Assembly: GCA_963702005.1 (NCBI GenBank)
Contig: OY969696.1
Location: forward strand, 3,904,001 to 3,968,000
Source: Candidatus Aminicenantes bacterium
GTDB taxonomy: Bacteria; Acidobacteriota; Aminicenantia; Aminicenantales; JAFGBC01
Direction: 5' to 3'
Length of the DNA: 64,000 bases
Below the pieces are notes generated by a model. That model was not told the DNA's origin and searched no databases. It saw only the letters and a list, made by a program, of their open reading frames with translations. This document shows positions 47,580-56,786 of this stretch, piece after piece; the first letter of the stretch is position 1; every line of letters begins with the position of its first letter. The translations under genes were made by a program, and so were the position numbers.

Positions 47580-48467
47580 GTGAGACAGGAGATTCGCTTC
47601 CGGACGAGGGACCGAGGGTTCCTTCTCGGGCGGCGAACCTGGCTGATGGGAATCCTCAACGTCACCCCCGACTCCTTTTCAGACGGCGGGCTGTTTCAGG
47701 ACCCGGAGGCGGCCGTCGAGAGGGGGCTGGCCTTGGCCGCCGACGGCGCCGACATCATCGACGTCGGCGGCGAGAGCACCCGTCCCGGCGCCGACGAGGT
47801 CCCGGTCGCTGAGGAGATTCGCCGAGTCATCCCGGTCGTGGCCGGCCTCCGGAAGCGCTCGCAAGCCCTGATCTCGGTCGACACGACCAAGTCCGAGGTC
47901 GCCCGGCGCGCTCTCGAGGCGGGCGCGGACATCATCAACGACGTCAGCGCCCTCCGCTTCGATCCGGACCTGGCCGGCGTCATCGCCGAGGCGCGGGTCG
48001 GCCTCATCCTCATGCATATGAAGGGCACGCCCCGGACGATGCAGGTCGCCCCCTTCTATGAGGACCTCCTGGCCGAGGTCCGCGGCTTCCTCGACAGCCG
48101 TCTCCAGGAGGCGGTGGCGGCCGGGATCTCGGCCGAAAGCGTCCTCCTCGACCCCGGGATCGGGTTCGGGAAACGGGTCGAACACAACCTGACACTCATC
48201 AACCGGCTCGAAGTCTTCGCGGACCTGGGACGTCCGCTCGTCCTGGGATCCTCCCGGAAATCGTTCATCGGCAAGATCCTCAACGCGCCGCCCCAAGAAC
48301 GGCTCGAGGGGACGATCGCCTCGGCCGTCTTCGGCGTCGTCCGCGGAGCCCACATCCTCCGCGTCCACGACGTCCGGGAAGTCGGCCGGGCCGTCCGGAT
48401 CGCAGAGGCCATCCGGGACGAGGCGCCCGAACCCGACGCCAAAGGACACGTCCGCTATGTCAGCTAA
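47580..48467 (+). CDS. folP: Dihydropteroate synthase
   Basis: MGILNVTPDSFSDGG, GGESTRPG, DPGIGFGK, SRKSF, LRVHDV. Confidence 0.96.
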   Translation: MRQEIRFRTRDRGFLLGRRTWLMGILNVTPDSFSDGGLFQDPEAAVERGLALAADGADIIDVGGESTRPGADEVPVAEEIRRVIPVVAGLRKRSQALISVDTTKSEVARRALEAGADIINDVSALRFDPDLAGVIAEARVGLILMHMKGTPRTMQVAPFYEDLLAEVRGFLDSRLQEAVAAGISAESVLLDPGIGFGKRVEHNLTLINRLEVFADLGRPLVLGSSRKSFIGKILNAPPQERLEGTIASAVFGVVRGAHILRVHDVREVGRAVRIAEAIRDEAPEPDAKGHVRYVS

Positions 48468-49230
48468 CGCCTGGCATGCCCTGACCCACATCAAGCTCAC
48501 GGATGTTTTCGACATCCTCCTCGTCGCCGTCATCCTTTATTCCTTCTTCCGGCTCATTCAGGAGACCAAAGCCTACCAGATGGTCATCGGCCTGGCCGTC
48601 ATCGGCGTCCTGTTCTTCGTCAGCCGTTGGGCCCGGCTGTCCGTCTCCCAGTGGCTCATCAAGAATTTCCTGTCCTACCTTATCATCGCCATCATCGTCC
48701 TCTTCCAGGGCGAAATCCGGCGCTTCCTGATCGGCCTCGGCTCACGGACCTTCCGGAATCCGCTCGCCCTGCGTTCTTTCCAGGAGAAGATCGAGGACCT
48801 GTTTCTGGCCGTCGATTTCATGTCCCAGCGGAAGATCGGGGCCCTGATCGCCATCACCAAGGAGATCTCCCTCAAGGCCTTCGCCGACCGGGGGACCAAG
48901 CTGGACGCCGTCTTGTCCAAGGACCTCCTGGTCAGCATCTTCAGCACGCAGTCGCCCCTCCACGACGGCGCCGTCATCGTCGAGGGGAACAAGATCCTGG
49001 CCGCGGGCTGCCTCCTCCCCCTGCCGGCTTCCCATAACCTTCGCGACGACCTTGTGGCCCGGACCCGCCACCTGTCGGCCCTCGGCCTTTCCCAGGAAAC
49101 GGACGCGGCCGTCATCGTCGTCTCCGAGCAGACCGGGGACCTGACCTTGGCCGCCCGGGGCCGGCTCGAGCGCGTCCCGGACATCGATGCCTTCAAGGCC
49201 CGGCTGATGGAGTACCTGAAGCTCCCATGA
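48457..49230 (+). CDS. cdaA: Diadenylate cyclase CdaA
   Basis: Three TM helices, FQGEIRR, SPLHDGA, TRH, VVSE; sits between folP and cdaR-glmM. Confidence 0.9.
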   Translation: MSANAWHALTHIKLTDVFDILLVAVILYSFFRLIQETKAYQMVIGLAVIGVLFFVSRWARLSVSQWLIKNFLSYLIIAIIVLFQGEIRRFLIGLGSRTFRNPLALRSFQEKIEDLFLAVDFMSQRKIGALIAITKEISLKAFADRGTKLDAVLSKDLLVSIFSTQSPLHDGAVIVEGNKILAAGCLLPLPASHNLRDDLVARTRHLSALGLSQETDAAVIVVSEQTGDLTLAARGRLERVPDIDAFKARLMEYLKLP

Positions 49231-49925
49231 GAAAAATCAGGCGCTGGCTGTCCCGGAACTGGGGGCTGAAGCTCCTGGCCTTCCTGCTCGCCCTCGTCCT
49301 CTGGCTGACCCTCATCCCCGAGGAGAGGACGTTCTCGGAGAAGAGCCTGACCATCCCCCTCGAGACCCACAACCTCCCGGCCGACATGGAGCTCGTCGAG
49401 CGTCCCCCCGCCGTGATCGACCTGACCGTACGCGCCCCGAACCGTCTCATCGATCAAATCACCCCCGCCAACGTCTTCGCCAAGCTCAACCTGGCCAACG
49501 CCAACCTCGCCCAGCAGGAGTATCCCCTCAACGAGTCCATGATCAGCGTCCCGGCCGGCGCTACGGTCACCAAGATCTACCCGAGCAAGGTCCGTCTCCG
49601 GCTCGAGCGAACCCAGCAGGCCGAGCTGGAGATCGTCCCCGAGCTCATCGGCGAACTCCGGGAAGGACTCCGGATCGAGCGGGTCGAGGTCGTCCCGGCC
49701 ACGGTCATCGTCAAGGGCCCCGAGAACCGGATCAAGAAGAAGGACCGGGTCCGGACGACGCCGATCGACATCTCGGCCTTCACCCAATCAAACGAGGTCG
49801 AGGCCGACCTCATCCTGCCCCACCCGGACCTTCGCCTGGCCTCATCCCAAACGCGGGTCAAGGTCCGCATCATCATCGGCGGCCTCGAGACCGCGCCCGC
49901 TAACGGAAAAACGAAAAAGGACTGA
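49227..49925 (+). CDS. cdaR: CdaR/YbbR-like regulator
   Basis: NWGLKLLAFLLALVLW anchor, YbbR-like repeats, conserved synteny. Confidence 0.8.
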   Translation: MRKIRRWLSRNWGLKLLAFLLALVLWLTLIPEERTFSEKSLTIPLETHNLPADMELVERPPAVIDLTVRAPNRLIDQITPANVFAKLNLANANLAQQEYPLNESMISVPAGATVTKIYPSKVRLRLERTQQAELEIVPELIGELREGLRIERVEVVPATVIVKGPENRIKKKDRVRTTPIDISAFTQSNEVEADLILPHPDLRLASSQTRVKVRIIIGGLETAPANGKTKKD

Positions 49926-49933
49926 TTTCGTCC

Positions 49934-51277
49934 ATGCCCAAGCTGTTCGGGACCGACGGGATCCGCGCCGTCGCCGGAGAATTTCCGCTCGATCCCGTAT
50001 CCTGCCGAATCCTAGGGTCGGCCCTGGTTCGCCTCCTCGCGGAACGCGGGCGTGGCGGCCGCATCCTGATCGGCCGTGACACGCGGGAATCCGGGGACTG
50101 GATCGAACTGGCCTTAATTGCCGGGATCAAGGCGGCGCGCGGGGAAGCGGCCCTGACCGGCGTCATCCCGACCTCGGCCGTCTCTTTCCTGGCCCGTAAG
50201 CACCGCTTCGCGGCCGGGATCGTCATCTCCGCGTCCCACAACCCGTTCCGCGACAACGGGATCAAGATCTTCTCGCCGGAAGGGCTTAAGATCCCCGACG
50301 ACTGGGAGAATACCCTCGAGGCCGCGATCCAGTCCAAAAAAGATCCGGCGTCTGAGGCTTCGGAAGAGGAGCCCCGCCCCCTGCCCGATCCGTCCTACGG
50401 CGAGGACTATATCGAATTCCTCAAGACCCGCCTCTCGCTCAAGTTTCCGTTTCCCTTCAAGATCGTCGTCGATTGCGCCAACGGCGCGAGCTCGGCCTAC
50501 GCGCCCCGGATCCTCAAGGAGCTCGGGTTCGAGGTCGTCGCCCTCCATTGTTCCCCCGACGGCCGGAACATCAACCAAGACTGCGGTTCCCTTCATCCCG
50601 AGCGCTTGGCTGAAAGAGTATTGGAAACGAAGGCCGCCATCGGGATCGCATTGGACGGGGACGCGGACCGGGCCGTCTGGGTGGACGAGACCGGCGCCAT
50701 CCTCAACGGCGACCACACCCTCTTTGTATTAGCGCAACGGATGAACGAGAAAGGGCGGCTGGCGGCGCATCAGGTCGTGGCGACGACCATGAGCAATATG
50801 GGTCTGGAGGCCGCTTTGGAAAGGCTGGGGATCCGCCTCCTCCGGACGCGGGTGGGCGACAAGTACATTTTCGAGGAGTTGGTCAGGTCCGGCTCCAACT
50901 TGGGCGGCGAGCGTTCGGGCCATACGATCCTCCTCGATGACGCGCCGACCGGGGACGGCATCCTGACCAGCCTCCGAATGCTCGAGGCCATGGTCGAAAC
51001 CGGCCTCCCCCTTTCGGCCCTTAAGGCCGGTTTCGAGGAGTATCCCCAGATCCTCCTCAACGTCCGCGTCAATAAAAAGACTCCCTTCGAAGAGATCGTC
51101 GAAATCCGGGCCGCGATCCAGAAGGTCGAGAGGGCTCTCGCCGATTCCGGCCGCCTCGACATCCGCTACTCGGGGACCGAATCCGTGGCCAGGATCATGG
51201 TCGAGGGCCGGGATAAAGCCGAGATCGAACGTCTGGCCCAGGATCTGGCCGCGATCGTCTCCGACCGCTTGGGCTGA
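49934..51277 (+). CDS. glmM: Phosphoglucosamine mutase
   Basis: FGTDGIR, ISASHNP, DGDADR, GGERSGH, RYSGTE. Confidence 0.95.
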   Translation: MPKLFGTDGIRAVAGEFPLDPVSCRILGSALVRLLAERGRGGRILIGRDTRESGDWIELALIAGIKAARGEAALTGVIPTSAVSFLARKHRFAAGIVISASHNPFRDNGIKIFSPEGLKIPDDWENTLEAAIQSKKDPASEASEEEPRPLPDPSYGEDYIEFLKTRLSLKFPFPFKIVVDCANGASSAYAPRILKELGFEVVALHCSPDGRNINQDCGSLHPERLAERVLETKAAIGIALDGDADRAVWVDETGAILNGDHTLFVLAQRMNEKGRLAAHQVVATTMSNMGLEAALERLGIRLLRTRVGDKYIFEELVRSGSNLGGERSGHTILLDDAPTGDGILTSLRMLEAMVETGLPLSALKAGFEEYPQILLNVRVNKKTPFEEIVEIRAAIQKVERALADSGRLDIRYSGTESVARIMVEGRDKAEIERLAQDLAAIVSDRLG

Positions 51278-51292
51278 GAGAAGGAGGTCCCG

Positions 51293-52009
51293 ATGCGTCT
51301 CGCCGTCAACATCGACCATTTCGCGACTCTCCGCCAGGCGCGACGGGCCGACGAGCCCGAACCGGTCCTGGCCGCCCTCCTGGCCGAGCAGGCCGGCGCC
51401 TGCGGAATCGTGACCCACCTCCGGGGCGACCGCCGCCATATCCAGGACCGGGACCTTCGGGTTCTGAGGGCCGTCCTCAAGACCAAGCTCAACCTTGAAA
51501 TGGCGGCGACGGCCGAGATGAAGGCGATCGCCCTCGAAGTCAAGCCGGACGTCGTCTCCCTCGTTCCCGAGCGGCCCGAAGAGCTGACGACCCAAGGCGG
51601 CCTCGATGTCACCGCCCGGCGCAGGGAACTCGGCCCTTTCATCAAGTCGCTGAGGGAGGCCGGCATCCGCGTCAGCATTTTCATCGACCCCGATCCGGTC
51701 CGGATCAAGGCCGCCCGGGAGCTCGGCGTCGACCTCGCCGAGATCAACACGGGCCTGTACGCGGAACTCAAGGCCGGCCCGCCCCGGGACAAAGCCCTGG
51801 ACGGCGTCCGGGCGGCGGCCGCCCTTGGCCGCAAGCTCGGCCTCGAGGTCCACGCCGGCCACGGCCTGGACTACCGGAACGTGGCGCCCATCGTCGCCGT
51901 CCCGGAGATCGAGGAACTCAGCATCGGGTTTTCGATCGTGGCCCGCTCCGCCATCGTCGGCATCCAGGCCGCGGTCCGCGAGATGAGAGCTCTGATCGAA
52001 GTCCGATGA
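51293..52009 (+). CDS. pdxJ: Pyridoxine 5'-phosphate synthase
   Basis: VNIDH.ATLRQAR, HLR.DRRHI, VPE..EELTT.GG, HAGHGL. Confidence 0.95.
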   Translation: MRLAVNIDHFATLRQARRADEPEPVLAALLAEQAGACGIVTHLRGDRRHIQDRDLRVLRAVLKTKLNLEMAATAEMKAIALEVKPDVVSLVPERPEELTTQGGLDVTARRRELGPFIKSLREAGIRVSIFIDPDPVRIKAARELGVDLAEINTGLYAELKAGPPRDKALDGVRAAAALGRKLGLEVHAGHGLDYRNVAPIVAVPEIEELSIGFSIVARSAIVGIQAAVREMRALIEVR

Positions 52010-53232
52010 GCCTCCGGATCGACCTCGACCGCCTCCGCAATGACCTCGAGGAGCTCGGCCGGTTCGGACGGGACCCGCGGGGCGGCGTCAGCCGGCCCTC
52101 CTTCAGCCGGGCCGATTTCGAGGCCCGCGACTGGCTCAAGGGAAGGATCCGGGAAGCGAGCCTCGAACTGCGCGAGGACGGGGCGGGGAACATCTTCGGC
52201 CGCCTGCCCGGATCGGGTCGGGTCGTCTGCGCCGGCTCCCACATCGACACCGTCGTCAACGGCGGAATGTTCGACGGAGCGGTGGGGGTACTGGCCGCCC
52301 TCGAGTGTCTGCGCCGAGTCCGGGAGGAAGGCCTGACGCCCGGGAAGACGATGGAGGTCGCCTCGTTCACGGACGAGGAAGGAAACCTCGTCGGCGACTT
52401 CCTGGGCAGCCGGGCCTTCGCCGGCCTGATCGATCCCGACGCCCTCCGCGCCGGACAGACTTCGTTCGGGATGCCTTTGAAAGACATCCTGGCCGGGACC
52501 GCTTTCACGCCCGAAACGATCCTCGGAGCGCGCAACGAGCGTCCCGATCTCGAAGCCTACCTCGAGCTCCACATTGAGCAGGGCCCCGTCCTCGATACGG
52601 AAGACGTCCCCATCGGAATCGTCGAGGCCATCGCCGGAAAAATCTGGCGCCTGTGCTCGTTCTCGGGACGGGCGGGCCATGCCGGAACGACGCCGCTCGA
52701 GCTCCGGCGGGACGCGTTCCTGGGCTTGGCAGATTTCGCCCAGAAGGCGACCCGGCTTGCGGCGGCCGAGCACGAGGGGAGCGTCGTGACGATCGGAAAG
52801 ATCACGGCCCATCCCGGCGCCTTCAGCATCATCCCCGGCCAGGTCGATTTCAGTCTCGACGCCCGGAGCGTTTCCGCGGACGGTCTGGCGGAGCTGGAGC
52901 GGGCGCTCCTCGCCCTGGCCGCCGACATCGCCTCGACCCGGGGCCTGACCTTCGCCTCCAAGCTTGTCGACAGGACGGAGCCCGTTCGGATTCCGGACCG
53001 GATCAAGGACCTCTTGAAAGAAGAAGCGGCAAGGCTCGGCTACAAAACGTTCTCCCTTCCAAGCGGCGCCGGCCACGACGCCCAGATCGTGGCCTCCCTG
53101 TGCGAGGCCGGGATGATCTTCATCCCCAGCCCGGACGGGATCAGCCACTCTCCCGAAGAGTCCATCCGCTGGGAGGACCTGGAGAAAGGCGCCAACCTTC
53201 TTCTGGCCGCCTGGCTCCGCCTGGCCGGCTGA
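52006..53232 (+). CDS. M20 Zn amidohydrolase (allantoate amidohydrolase/N-carbamoylase family)
   Basis: GSHIDTV..GG.FDG, DEEG, ELHIEQG, HAGTTP, SGAGHDA, GISHSPEE. Confidence 0.9.
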   Translation: MSLRIDLDRLRNDLEELGRFGRDPRGGVSRPSFSRADFEARDWLKGRIREASLELREDGAGNIFGRLPGSGRVVCAGSHIDTVVNGGMFDGAVGVLAALECLRRVREEGLTPGKTMEVASFTDEEGNLVGDFLGSRAFAGLIDPDALRAGQTSFGMPLKDILAGTAFTPETILGARNERPDLEAYLELHIEQGPVLDTEDVPIGIVEAIAGKIWRLCSFSGRAGHAGTTPLELRRDAFLGLADFAQKATRLAAAEHEGSVVTIGKITAHPGAFSIIPGQVDFSLDARSVSADGLAELERALLALAADIASTRGLTFASKLVDRTEPVRIPDRIKDLLKEEAARLGYKTFSLPSGAGHDAQIVASLCEAGMIFIPSPDGISHSPEESIRWEDLEKGANLLLAAWLRLAG

Positions 53233-53275
53233 CCGGCCGTCGCGCTCAATCTTTGTAAAACATCCATCTGCCCCA

Positions 53276-53363
53276 GACAGGCTCAGCTGATGGGGCTCGA
53301 AGAACGCAAGGGCTCGGGAAAGTCGACTCGAAAGCACACTTCACCCCATCAGCTTCGCCTGTC
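53276..53363. repeat. Long inverted repeat between convergent genes
   Basis: GACAGGC-tc-AGCTGATGGGG ... CCCCATCAGCT-tc-GCCTGTC. Confidence 0.5.
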
Positions 53364-53416
53364 CCCCCATAAGAGTCTCTCTGTGCTCCGGCGGCGGTCA
53401 ATTCATCCCCGAAACT

Positions 53417-54547
53417 CTAACGGGAGGCCGCCAAGATCTCCAGGAAGGAATCCGTCAAGCTGGAGGAAGAGAAGAAGACCACGCCGGCGGCGCCGGCCGT
53501 CCGGCTGAGCCCGATTTCTTCCATCATGATTTCCGGCGTCGCCTGGTTATGGCTCGTCCCGATTCCGATTCCGGGGCAGAGGAGGACGCCGCCTTGAGGG
53601 AGGGCGGCCGCCTTCCGGGCGAGCCTTTCGAACAACGCCGTATCGTTCGTGTAGAACATCGGGCAGAGCATATCGACCAGCCCTTCGGCCGCCCAGCGGC
53701 CCCAATCCTGTCCGATAAGGACGCGGGCGTTATCGGGGTCGGGAAAGACGGCGGCCGAGATCTTGACCTTCCGGCCGCCCGACCGGAGCGCATCCCTCAG
53801 CTCGGCGACGAACTTGGTGACCCGGTCGCGGTTCCATTCCAGCCAGACGTTCCAGAACGGGTTCCCGGAATCCTTGGCCTTGAGGGCGAGCGGATCAACG
53901 CCGGTCTCGCCCTTGCACAACTCTCGGGTCCGGGTGTCATAGCTGAAAAAAGGTTCCTCGGGGTCGCAGGGAAATCGGATGTAGTCGAGGTGGATCCACT
54001 CAACCGGATAGCGGGCGGCCAGCTCGGTCATGAGCCCGATCTCGTAGGCCCGGACCTCGGGCAGGGCCGGATTGACGGTCCGGACCATCTCGCCGCCGCG
54101 CCCGGTAATCAGCCATTCGGGGTGGGCGCGGACTTCGCCCAGGATCGCGCCTTCGGGAAAAACGCAGAACCAGGGGTGGACGGTCATCCGCCGCGTCCGC
54201 GCTTCCTCCAGGAAGGTCCCGAAAAAATCCCAGGAATAGGCCGGATCGGAGACCCCGGTCCGGTTCTGGAAATAGACGTAACCCGACGTGTCCTTGACCA
54301 GCATGAACAGGGTGTTGATGCCGGCCGCCGCGTAGCGGTCGAGCGTTGCCCGGATCTTGGCGATGGCCGGCTCGCGCTCCGTGCCGAAAAATCTGGGGTG
54401 CATCCAGACGCCGCGGACCTTAAGCGAAGACCAAGCTTTTTCCTCGCCGGAGGCCGGCCCGCCTCCCATCGCGCGGCCGATTCCCAAGATCAATCCCAAA
54501 GCCAGGATTCCGAGCCGAAGGCGGTCCCTTTTCCTGTTAATGCTCAT
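53417..54547 (-). CDS. Glycosyl hydrolase-like family 10 (GHL10/DUF187) secreted protein
   Basis: VRGVW, VHPWF, NPALPEVR, IHLDYIRF, QDWGRW, PMFY. Confidence 0.8.
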   Translation of the reverse strand: MSINRKRDRLRLGILALGLILGIGRAMGGGPASGEEKAWSSLKVRGVWMHPRFFGTEREPAIAKIRATLDRYAAAGINTLFMLVKDTSGYVYFQNRTGVSDPAYSWDFFGTFLEEARTRRMTVHPWFCVFPEGAILGEVRAHPEWLITGRGGEMVRTVNPALPEVRAYEIGLMTELAARYPVEWIHLDYIRFPCDPEEPFFSYDTRTRELCKGETGVDPLALKAKDSGNPFWNVWLEWNRDRVTKFVAELRDALRSGGRKVKISAAVFPDPDNARVLIGQDWGRWAAEGLVDMLCPMFYTNDTALFERLARKAAALPQGGVLLCPGIGIGTSHNQATPEIMMEEIGLSRTAGAAGVVFFSSSSLTDSFLEILAASR

Positions 54548-54555
54548 CGGCGCTC

Positions 54556-56028
54556 CTATCTCACTTTCTCCGTGTAGTTCTCATTCTGTTTGAAGCGGAT
54601 GATCCGGCCGTCCTTGTCCGCCTCGAAAACGACCTCCTCGCCCAGCTCGCCGTCGGCGCGGACTCTCCGGAAGCGAAGCCCCTCGACCGGCTTCAGCTTG
54701 TCCAGGGCGTCCAACGGATTCTCGGTCGGGAGGTCGAACATGGCCAGGCCGTCGTCCCAGACCAGGACCGCCGTCTCTCCCCAGGCCGAGCGGTAGAGCC
54801 CGACGAATTTCTGGAACGACGGGTCGGGGACCTTGGCGGCGTCCGGGGCTTCCTTTATTTTCTGGGCCGCGCCGCCCAAAATCTTGACGACCTGGGCGAC
54901 GAACTCGCCCGGATCGACCCCCATCGCATTGACCATGGCCACCCCGGCTAAGAGATCTTGAGGATAGAGCGACAGCGCGGTCCGGTATCCGGGACAGCTT
55001 CCCCCGTGGCCGACCACGGTCTTGTTGTCCTGGCGATGGACCTCGAAGCCCAGCCCCCAGCTCGTCTTCCAGTCCGGGTCCATCCACTGGACGCGCTGCA
55101 TCTCCCGAAGGGTCGAGGCTTTGAGGACCTCGAAGCCGCCCTTAGCGAGCAACCGGAACTGCCAGGAGGCAAACCGGCCCAAGTCCTCGACGGTCGAAGC
55201 GAAGCCGGCGGCCGGGGCGATCCCGCGGGCCTGGAAGAAAGGCATGGCCGAACGCTCGCAGTCCCGGGTCAAAACGCCGTAGCCCTGGGCGAGGAGGCCG
55301 CCGCGTTCCTCCGCTGGAACCTCGGGGGTCGTCCGGGCAAGACCGAGCGGGGCGAGAATATTCTCGCGGACATATTGGGCGTAGGGCTGGCCGGAGACCT
55401 GCTCGACGATCTGCCCGGCCAGCGTCATGCCCAGGTTCGAATATTGGAAGTAGCGGTCGGAGGGATAGAGCATGGACTGGTTGGCGAGGCCCTTGATGAC
55501 CTCCTCCCTGGTCGGAAAGGGAAAATCGGGACCGGTCCAGTAGGAATAGCCGGATTCCCGGGGCACGCCCGCGGAATGAGTCAGCAGTCCTCGCAGGGTC
55601 ACCTCGGGGCTGTCCGCCGAGGCCGGGGGCAGTTTGAACCAGGGGAGGTATGCGGAGATGGGGTCGTCCAGCCGGAGCCGCCCCTCGTCACGGAGCCGCA
55701 TGACCGCGATGCTCGTGAACAGCTTGGAGATTGAGCAGATGCTGTAGATCGTCCCGGGTGTCGCCGGCTCCCGGCGGCGGAGGTCGGCAAAGCCGTATCC
55801 CTTGCTCCAGATGAGGTTTTGATCGACGACGAAGCCCAAGGAGACGCCGGGGATTTTCTCGTAGGCCAGCTTGGCGTCGATCCAAGCTTCAAGCAGGCCG
55901 ACGGCCTGGATGAAGCGCGGGTCTTTGACAACGGGAACGGCTTCTGTTTTTTCCGCGCTCGGGCCCGATGCCGCGGCCGTTCCAACGAACAGGGACATGA
56001 TGACGAAAGCGCCGAGGATTCTTTTCAT
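54556..56028 (-). CDS. Serine hydrolase, beta-lactamase class C/AmpC-like
   Basis: SISK (SxxK), LLTHSAG, YSN, HGG; signal peptide. Confidence 0.88.
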   Translation of the reverse strand: MKRILGAFVIMSLFVGTAAASGPSAEKTEAVPVVKDPRFIQAVGLLEAWIDAKLAYEKIPGVSLGFVVDQNLIWSKGYGFADLRRREPATPGTIYSICSISKLFTSIAVMRLRDEGRLRLDDPISAYLPWFKLPPASADSPEVTLRGLLTHSAGVPRESGYSYWTGPDFPFPTREEVIKGLANQSMLYPSDRYFQYSNLGMTLAGQIVEQVSGQPYAQYVRENILAPLGLARTTPEVPAEERGGLLAQGYGVLTRDCERSAMPFFQARGIAPAAGFASTVEDLGRFASWQFRLLAKGGFEVLKASTLREMQRVQWMDPDWKTSWGLGFEVHRQDNKTVVGHGGSCPGYRTALSLYPQDLLAGVAMVNAMGVDPGEFVAQVVKILGGAAQKIKEAPDAAKVPDPSFQKFVGLYRSAWGETAVLVWDDGLAMFDLPTENPLDALDKLKPVEGLRFRRVRADGELGEEVVFEADKDGRIIRFKQNENYTEKVR

Positions 56029-56258
56029 GAGGCCTCCTGGCTCGATTTATTTAAACGCAAGAAGGAGCTCAGAGGACGAACCTTTCGACGAAGGCCGTTC
56101 CTCGGGTGAACCTTTGAGGACGATCTCTGCCGAGGAGGGAAGACTCATGATATCGGTCGCTCCCGGGTTTTAGGCTGAGAATGCATTATAAAGAATATGA
56201 GGGGCGGGCCGCAACGCGCCTTTCGCTCCGCAACCTTGCCGGAGGCCGGGGACGGTGT

Positions 56259-56675
56259 TTATCCCTCATCATGGGAAGGCCTGAACGCGCGGCCTTTTTT
56301 GACCTCGGCGTGTTTCCGTTTGTCGGCGAGGATCTTATCCTGAGCCCGCTTGGAGCGCTTCCGCTTCTGGCGCCGGATCTTGGCGATCCGCCGCTCCTCC
56401 TCGCTCTTTTTCCCCAATAGGGCGCGCTCGATCTTGTCGGCCAGAATGCGCCGGGCCAGGTAGCGATTGAGGGCCTGGGAGCGTTCCTGTTGGCACTTGA
56501 CCTCGAATCCGGTCGGGAGGTGCCTGAGCTGAACGCAGGTCGCGACTTTGTTGACGTTCTGGCCGCCGTGGCCGCCCGAACGGATGAATTTTTCCTCGAG
56601 GTCCCTCTCGAAAATGCCGAGCGCCTCCATCCGTTCGCGCAAAGCATGCTCTTTATTGGGGCCGACGCCGGACAT
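56259..56675 (-). CDS. Peptidyl-tRNA hydrolase, release-factor-like (ArfB/C12orf65 type)
   Basis: SGGHGGQNVNK, QERSQ..N, basic C-terminal tail. Confidence 0.88.
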   Translation of the reverse strand: MSGVGPNKEHALRERMEALGIFERDLEEKFIRSGGHGGQNVNKVATCVQLRHLPTGFEVKCQQERSQALNRYLARRILADKIERALLGKKSEEERRIAKIRRQKRKRSKRAQDKILADKRKHAEVKKGRAFRPSHDEG

Positions 56676-56786
56676 AACGACATTCTCCGGCCTTCATCAT
56701 AAACAAAGGCCCGCTGGGAGACAAGAGGCGATTGACGAGCGGCCGGTCATTCCACTACACTCGATTCCTTAGGAAAGGAAAACCCC

